64,000 bases of DNA. Source: a bacterium (GTDB lineage Bacteria > UBA8248). The notes beneath the pieces were generated by a model. The model did no database searches. It was not told the DNA's origin and saw nothing but the letters and a program-made list of their open reading frames with translations. Location: NCBI GenBank assembly GCA_965213685.1, contig CBDBZY010000051.1, positions 192,001-256,000 on the forward strand. Reading direction: 5' to 3'. Made by a program: the position numbers and the translations under genes. Every line of letters starts with the position of its first letter. The first letter of the stretch is position 1. This document shows positions 57,370 to 64,000 of the stretch, one piece after another.

Positions 57370-60300
57370 ATGTCGATAATCATGGGTCCTTACGAGAAGG
57401 AGGCTCGTCTCCAGGCGGAGTGCGAAGATGACGAGCTACTAGTGTTCGGATACGCTTGTAAGCTCTTTCGAGACGATACGAAAGGGTTGCTGGAGGACTC
57501 GGGCCAGCTGCTGATCCCCTGGATGGGAGATAGTTCGCTGATGGTGGACAGGTGAGAAGGATGAGAGGAGAGCCGGTTTGGCGCTAGTTTAGCAACTCGA
57601 GGGAGGTGTTGTAGTGTGCATTATTTAGAACGCAGGTGCGCTAACCCGTTCAGTAGTTGTTTCACGTTCAGTAGTTGTTGTTTGTGCTCTTCACCAGATA
57701 CGACATTCGCAACAGACTGGAGGACAAGAGCCAGTTCGGATTGAAGCCTAATCTACCACGCAGGATGACCAAGGGTGAGGAAGAGCTTGAAGAAGTGCTG
57801 GACCATGAGCGGTACCTAGCCCTGGGAGTGGACATCCTGGAGCATGAGCTGAGAGAGGGTGAGTGTAGAGAGAAAGTAGTACGGACATATTTCAGATTGC
57901 CCTGTGATTAGAATGCAATGAGTGTGCCATTCATGAGGATGTGTCTCTTTTCCTCAGAGGAAGCTGAGAAGAGAGCACATGAAGGCGGTGATGGCTTCTT
58001 CAGAGCAGTGGGCTTCAATTATGATGCCCAACCACCAGTGGAGGAGGCCACGCACATTCCAGCACACCTCCCTGAACTCCCTGAGCATCCTCCCACCTCA
58101 GCTGTGGATGTGGTAGGAAGGGAGGCCCCTTTCATTATGCCTGACAACCTGGATGTCCCTGGCCATGTTAAACTGGTATGTTCTTCATCACCCTCCCCTG
58201 AAGCCCAGTACCGGGTGAAGTAGAGCATTGTTACAACGCTGTGTCATCATCCCCCTCTCCCTCCCTCCCTCCCTCCTTTCCCTTGTTTTGTCTCTGCCTC
58301 AGCCTGCCACAAATAAGCTTCACTCCATTGTCGAGCGTACAGCCCTGTTCGTTGCCAAGCAGGGCACACAGATGGAGATAATGATCAAAGCAAAGCAGAA
58401 GTTCAACCCTTTCTTCTCCTTCCTCTCTCTCTATGACCCCCTCCACCCATACTACCGACACCTCCTCCAGCTCATCACCTCCGGCAAGTACACCCCCAAT
58501 CCAGAGGCTGCCAAGACAGAAGAGGAGGAAGGCAGTGGAGAGGTGGGGGGTGGGGGTGAGGACATTGCTGGAAGCAGTACAGAGACTGATACAGCCAGGA
58601 GAGGGGAAGAGGAGGCTATGCCCAGTGACAATGATGGGGAACCTGGTTCTGATGACTCCGATGGGGAGGAGTTTGAGCTCCACCCGCTGTTACGAGTCTC
58701 TACCAACTCCTCTCCAAGGCTTCCTTCTCACCAACAGCCTCCCAGGACCACAGCCACTCCTTCGACAGCTGCCACCACTACCCTCTCACTCGATCAGAGA
58801 CACAACACGTCGTTCTATGCCAAGTCCCTCAGTGTCAACGCTGCCCCCTCCCTGGAGCGAGAGAGGGAAGATGGAGTGGCTGGGAGGGACTACTCCTCCT
58901 CCCAGTCTGCCTATCACTACTCTCATTCCCCATACACCAGGTGGGAATGGCACACATACACACACACTCACTCACCCCACGCTGACCTCAGCCCACCCTC
59001 TCTGCTCATCTCTTGAGTTCTCTCCACAGGACTGCTACTGTAGCACATGTTGTGGTGCACTTAGCACTGTGTGTATTGCAGGCCACCTAGACCCAGTGTG
59101 TTAGAGACCTACCATAGCCCTGCCTCCCTCCCTTGTGTTAGCTATGCATCCTCCTTGGATCTTTCAGCGGGAGAGAGAGTGTCACGCTCACTGGTTGTGG
59201 CTGTATGCTGTAGGGCTAGGCTGTGTGGAACGTGTTGCAGACTGACAGGAAGAGAACGGCCACACTATTTTCTGAGCTGGCCACGCACTATTTTGTTCAA
59301 CAGGCAGAGGAGAAGCTACTGAACACACGACCCAGTGGGGAATGCTAAAATACTGTACATGAACATGGTTCTCTGCATTGTGGTTATGGTGCATGTGTAT
59401 ACCAAGTAGGATTTGGTACTTGTGTGGTATGCAGTGTGGTATGCAGTGTGGTTGTGTGGGCGGGGGGAAAATTGCAGTGATTCGTGCTCAAGATCAGCTG
59501 GCAGAGGTGAAAGGACGGTAAGATGGAGTGTTGTTTTGCAGGGGGTTATGAAACTGAAGAGTTTGTTATAGGAATGAATATTTACATAAACTTTTTATCT
59601 GTTTGATCACAGCCACCACATGGGGGGCCCCGAGGAACAGGCCTACCACTACCACCATCCTCCCCACTACCTGTACTGTGATGGTAAGACTTGGCTGCAG
59701 TGTGTTGCAGAGTGGACACTAGCTGTGTGGTGTGTTGCAGGGTGGAATATTTTTTATGCATGCATGCACACACACACACACACACACACACACAGGATAT
59801 GACTACCACCCTACCCAGTCGGACTACAGCAGTCAGTACAGTCTGGAGGCATACTACCACAGACTCAGTGCACAGCACATCAGCAGAATGGAGGGCCACA
59901 GCACGGCCCCCAGCCCTGCTCCTCCTCCCCCCGACCTGCAGCCTATCATAGACAAAACGGCCGAGTACGTTGCTCGGAACAGTGAACAATTTGAGCGAAC
60001 GGTTCTCGAGAGGCACTGTGGGGACCCCAAGTTCGGGTTCCTGAACCCCTGGAACAAGTACTATGCCTACTACAAGCTGCGGCTGCAGCAGTTCAAGGAG
60101 AGGGCAGTGCTGGAGGAGGGGCAGAGGACAGCTGGAGGGCAGGAGGAAGGGAGGGGGCAGGGCACCGAGGAGCCTCAGGAGAAGCTCCGTGGGAAGAAGG
60201 TGCAGAAGTTGAGTCAGAGTGGGACTGTCAGTTTTCGTTTGGAGCCAAAGGTTGTTAAGGTTTTGGAGACTCCAGTGGACCTGAGCACCAAGGATGAGGA

Positions 60301-60663
60301 GGAGGAGGAAGAGAAGGCTGAGGAGAAGGAGGAGGGAGAAAAGCGGGTAGAAGATGGGCCCTCTGCAGACTACCAGCAAGATGACCTCGACCAACCCTAT
60401 GCCATAGAAGCAGAACAGTACTCCTACAGTGCAGAGGGAGTGTACTACCACAGCGATGCCCCAGGGGATGGGGAAGACCCACCTGCTCCCAAGAGAGCTA
60501 GGATGGCTCCCAGTAGCAAGGGCCTAGTGATGGATAACAAGGTCAAGGTGAGTACACTGATCTTGTGTGTATAGGGGAATGACTATATATGATGATCCTT
60601 ATCAGTTCTGCTCTCACTCCTCAGGAGTTTCTGGATGAGGTCAAAGCTGTTTTGGATTCCTAG
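57370..60663 (+). CDS. SFSWAP: Splicing factor suppressor of white-apricot (DRY_EERY domain plus two SURP modules)
   Basis: [25 protein letters not shown]|YDIR, HERYLAL, SURP1 [25 protein letters not shown]2 [21 protein letters not shown]; terminal exon [12 protein letters not shown] at 60625-60663. Confidence 0.9.
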
Positions 60664-60884
60664 CCCAGCCACTATTTGTTTTGCATGATTGCATGTGTTT
60701 CAGTTCTGTCATGTGATTCATGGGATAAGTTTTGTCAATCAATTGCGGTTGCATGGAGTTCTCATAAATTCTAGGCCTATAATATGGTTAAAGTGCGTGG
60801 TGAGGTAGAGGCTAGCCTACAGTGACTTGATCGGACAGCCCGTGAAAGGAACGCGCTGAGCGGAACGCGATTTTGGGATTATCA

Positions 60885-61060
60885 TTTTGCAGGTATTAAA
60901 TTTTGCTATTTTCACTTGTGAGTGAGATGACCAATCATTCAATTGTAGTGTTGAGAACACTGTAAGCTAGTAAAGCTTTTGTTTGCGTGTACAAAATTTT
61001 GCGTTTTTGCGCCAATCCGCAAAAATTTCAAACAGTATAATAGTACCCGCAAAAAATAGT
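60885..61060. mobile_element. Possible degenerate MITE-like inverted-repeat element
   Basis: ttttgcaggtatta (60885-60898) versus the reverse complement of tagtacccgcaaaa (61041-61054), 12/14 identity, enclosing AT-rich DNA with further ttttgcg/cgcaaaa self-complementarity. Confidence 0.4.
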
Positions 61061-61179
61061 CACAAGCGAAAATTTGTTATTGCGCTGTCCCGCTTTGGAT
61101 GCGGCCTACACGTATAAGCACCCGCTTGAAGGGCTTCCTACATAAGCTCAGAGCTCGCCTGCACTGAAGTGGCCGGGAT

Positions 61180-64000
61180 ATGTCCCTGTGTGAGGAAAAC
61201 CAAGACAAGATCATCCGAGCGTGCGCCAAGGGAAATTTTAGGTACGCAGTTGAGCTCAGTAAGAATCTTAGGAGCGACGAATTCTCGGCAGTTGTTAGCA
61301 AGCGTGGATGGACTCCACTGCACTATGCGTGCAGTTTTTGCCGTGTGAAGTATGCAAGTACTTTGAATAGCCTCGGCTACGATCCGCGGCAGAAGGACTC
61401 CACGGGAGTCACGCCCCTGCACCTGGCCTGTCAGTATGGCCCACTGGAGATGGTTCAACTTCTGATTAACAATCTGACTGCGTTGGATTACAACATAGAG
61501 ACTGAGTGTGTGGATTCAGACATGAATACGCCCGTCCACAGCGCCTGTCAGTACGGCCAGCTGGACACGATGAAGACGCTATTAAGGTATGTCAACGAAG
61601 CGGTCGTAATGCAAAAAAATCGCGACGGCGACACGCCGCTTGGTATCGCCTTCCAACAAGGAGAGGTAGGCATCGTCATGCTATTTGCCAGAATTATACC
61701 CAGCGCGAAGATAAAACAGCACATCACCAGGGAGGAAGGCACAGTACTCTTTCATAAAGCTTGCGAGTATGGCAGAGTAGAAGCTGTGGACTTTCTCCTG
61801 AAAAATGGCTTCAGGTTGCATCAGGTAATGGAGATGTACAAACGTTCTGCAGTGCATGTTGCTAGCACGTATGGACAAATGGAGGTGCTAGCAGTATTGG
61901 TTCAGTATGGATGTCAGCCCAGCACACTTACAGATTACGAGGGTTCTACTCCTCTCCATGTTGCATGTTGGCATGGACATTTGAATGTGGTACAGAGACT
62001 AATATGTAGACATTCTTGCAATCCCCTGGAGGAAAACTCCAAAGGGGAAACCCCTTTCTCATTGGCCTGCATTAGTCATCACTATAGTATTGCAAGGTAT
62101 ATTCAGCATTGGTTGGCTTCCCAAGGTGACGTACCAGAAGACATAGCAGCAGCTTCATGGCCTAAGGTGGACGAGTTGCCCTCTGTATCTGAGCCATATA
62201 GATCAGAGGATGACATTGTGTTACTTACGTTGCAGGCTGTTGAGCGCACTAGTGTCCCACTAAGTTACCAACAGCAACTTCACATGGCATGCCAGAGAGG
62301 TGTTCTGGATGTGGTGAAACTACTGAGTGAGTCAAACATTGACCCACTCCTGCCAATTACTGAAGAAGGCCATTCTGCACTTCATGTGGCTTGCGAATAT
62401 GGCCAAAGTGACATTGCTAGGTACCTGATTGACACACATGGGTGTGACCCTACGTCAAAAACCAAGAATGGGTCCACAGCATTCCACTGTGCTAATAATC
62501 CAGCACCAAATGCTGCACATAACCCTCTTGATATTGGAGTGCTCTTTGAGAAATACTTCAAAGAGCACCATGGCAACACAGGAACATATCACACCGGGAC
62601 TGATGATGAACCTGACATTCACGAGAAGAGAAGAGAAAACATTCAGCACTTGAAATACTTTCAAACATTGGACTTGGATTCCAAGAATGATGAGGGGAAG
62701 ACTGCATTGCATTATGCATGCCGTCATGGTTTAAAGGACAATTTGAGACAGCTGCTTTCCATGGGTTGCAATCCATTCATAAGAGACAAGGAGTGTAACA
62801 CTGCTATGCATCTGGCTTGCTTATCGGGTAATGCTGAAACAATATCCACTCTCTCTAGTTACAGCAGTAAATTATGTAACCCAAGGTGTAAGAACAGCTA
62901 CCTTGACACACCTCTGCACTTTGCTGCATCTACTGGAAACATGGAACTGGCAACTTCATCACTGAGACTCTTTCAAAAGAATGTTTGGTACAGACCAATA
63001 CCTCAAAATTGTGTGTGGGACACACCACTGCATGAAGCCTGCCGATCTGGTTCAGTTGACTTTGTTCGCTATCTTGTAGAAGAGATGAAGTACAAAGTCA
63101 GAGTCCGAAATAAATCAGGTGAGACTCCTCTTCACAGTGCTTGCTGCAAATCTGGCAATGTGCAAGTAGTTAAGTATCTTGTGACAAAGATGGGAAACCC
63201 ACTAGTAAAAAACAAAGTGGGAGATTCACCACTGCACAACGCCTGTGCATTTGGGCAGTATGAAATTGTGAAGTTTTTGATTAGTCACTTGGCTGAAGCC
63301 AAACTTAAAAAGCTCCACAACAATCAAGGTTTCAATCCTCTGCACACTGCATGCAGCTTTGGACAAGATATCATCGTGAAGTATCTCCTACAGTGCTCCA
63401 TATGGGATCCAAACAAACCTGACTGTGCTGGTAGAACTCCTCTCCACTGTATTTTCCAAGGGCTAGAGCTGGAATATTGCTCACATGCAGCTGCCCAAGA
63501 GACATTAGAACAGCTATTGACCAAAAAGAGCCTGAATCTGTCTCTATTGGACCACAATGGACAGACTCCCTTTGCCATGTGTAACAGCACAAAGTTAGAA
63601 AAAATCTTGCTTCACAATATGAAAAACTCTGCCGAGATGTATGTAAAGTATTGTGGCCAACTTCAACCACAGTCTCTCCCAGCATCATCTCTGGTTGTGT
63701 TTGTGTTAGGAAACAGAGGTGTGGGCAAGAGCTCTCTGATTGCATCTCTTCAGAAAGAGAAGAAGCTCTCTCTTTCTCAAAAAGTCACAGTTGTGTCACC
63801 ATGCACAGCAGGAATAGTCCCAAGCAAATTTTTCAGTAAAGCATATGGTTCGGTGATGTTTTATGACTTTGCTGGCCACTACGAATATTATGCTGGACAC
63901 TCTGCCATTTTGCAAAATTGTGCAACTTCTAAGATCCCCCCACTTTTCCTGGTAGTGGTGAACCTGGAGGAAAGCAGTGATGACATCAGAAAGAGGCTAG
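61180..64000 (+). CDS. Ankyrin-repeat plus Roc GTPase (ROCO/DAPK-like) protein, 3'-truncated by window edge; intronless so far
   Basis: Frame open from ATG 61180 (upstream in-frame TGA at 61165) to the window end, so it is absent from the ORF track. Many TPLH..AC..G ankyrin repeats, then P-loop GNRGVGKS (~63709-63732), TAGI and YDFAGHYEYY. Confidence 0.9.
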   Translation, partial: MSLCEENQDKIIRACAKGNFRYAVELSKNLRSDEFSAVVSKRGWTPLHYACSFCRVKYASTLNSLGYDPRQKDSTGVTPLHLACQYGPLEMVQLLINNLTALDYNIETECVDSDMNTPVHSACQYGQLDTMKTLLRYVNEAVVMQKNRDGDTPLGIAFQQGEVGIVMLFARIIPSAKIKQHITREEGTVLFHKACEYGRVEAVDFLLKNGFRLHQVMEMYKRSAVHVASTYGQMEVLAVLVQYGCQPSTLTDYEGSTPLHVACWHGHLNVVQRLICRHSCNPLEENSKGETPFSLACISHHYSIARYIQHWLASQGDVPEDIAAASWPKVDELPSVSEPYRSEDDIVLLTLQAVERTSVPLSYQQQLHMACQRGVLDVVKLLSESNIDPLLPITEEGHSALHVACEYGQSDIARYLIDTHGCDPTSKTKNGSTAFHCANNPAPNAAHNPLDIGVLFEKYFKEHHGNTGTYHTGTDDEPDIHEKRRENIQHLKYFQTLDLDSKNDEGKTALHYACRHGLKDNLRQLLSMGCNPFIRDKECNTAMHLACLSGNAETISTLSSYSSKLCNPRCKNSYLDTPLHFAASTGNMELATSSLRLFQKNVWYRPIPQNCVWDTPLHEACRSGSVDFVRYLVEEMKYKVRVRNKSGETPLHSACCKSGNVQVVKYLVTKMGNPLVKNKVGDSPLHNACAFGQYEIVKFLISHLAEAKLKKLHNNQGFNPLHTACSFGQDIIVKYLLQCSIWDPNKPDCAGRTPLHCIFQGLELEYCSHAAAQETLEQLLTKKSLNLSLLDHNGQTPFAMCNSTKLEKILLHNMKNSAEMYVKYCGQLQPQSLPASSLVVFVLGNRGVGKSSLIASLQKEKKLSLSQKVTVVSPCTAGIVPSKFFSKAYGSVMFYDFAGHYEYYAGHSAILQNCATSKIPPLFLVVVNLEESSDDIRKRL

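Overview
Gene-dense eukaryotic DNA with about 23 protein-coding genes, short GT-AG introns packed with micro- and minisatellites, and no prokaryotic features. The gene content (Ig-domain RTK, Lhx1/5-type LIM homeobox, intronless ankyrin-Roc protein) points to an early-branching animal, most plausibly a demosponge; this is inference. Gene order: AOAH (partial), Ig-RTK pseudokinase, HCFC1R1/CCDC117-like, PRPF19, BLOC1S1, DNAAF4, Sel1-repeat protein, filamin-repeat protein, PHF12, UNC119, KNL1-like, Lhx1/5-like, three tandem paralogues encoding membrane-tethered transcobalamin beta-domain (DUF4430-like) proteins, MRPS5, GT92-like glycosyltransferase, TMEM209, GAP1-family RasGAP, LRRC74-like, SFSWAP, ankyrin-Roc (partial). 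The most interesting candidate system is the three-gene cluster of putative GPI-anchored cobalamin-binding surface proteins (33198-37107). Other highlights are a cryptic KNL1 whose SILK and RVSF motifs appear only after splicing, an RTK with NPG in place of DFG, a zyxin/LD-motif-like filamin-repeat protein, and complementary (AC)n/(GT)n repeats at splice sites. All family assignments come from motif recognition by eye, and exon boundaries were inferred manually and are approximate.
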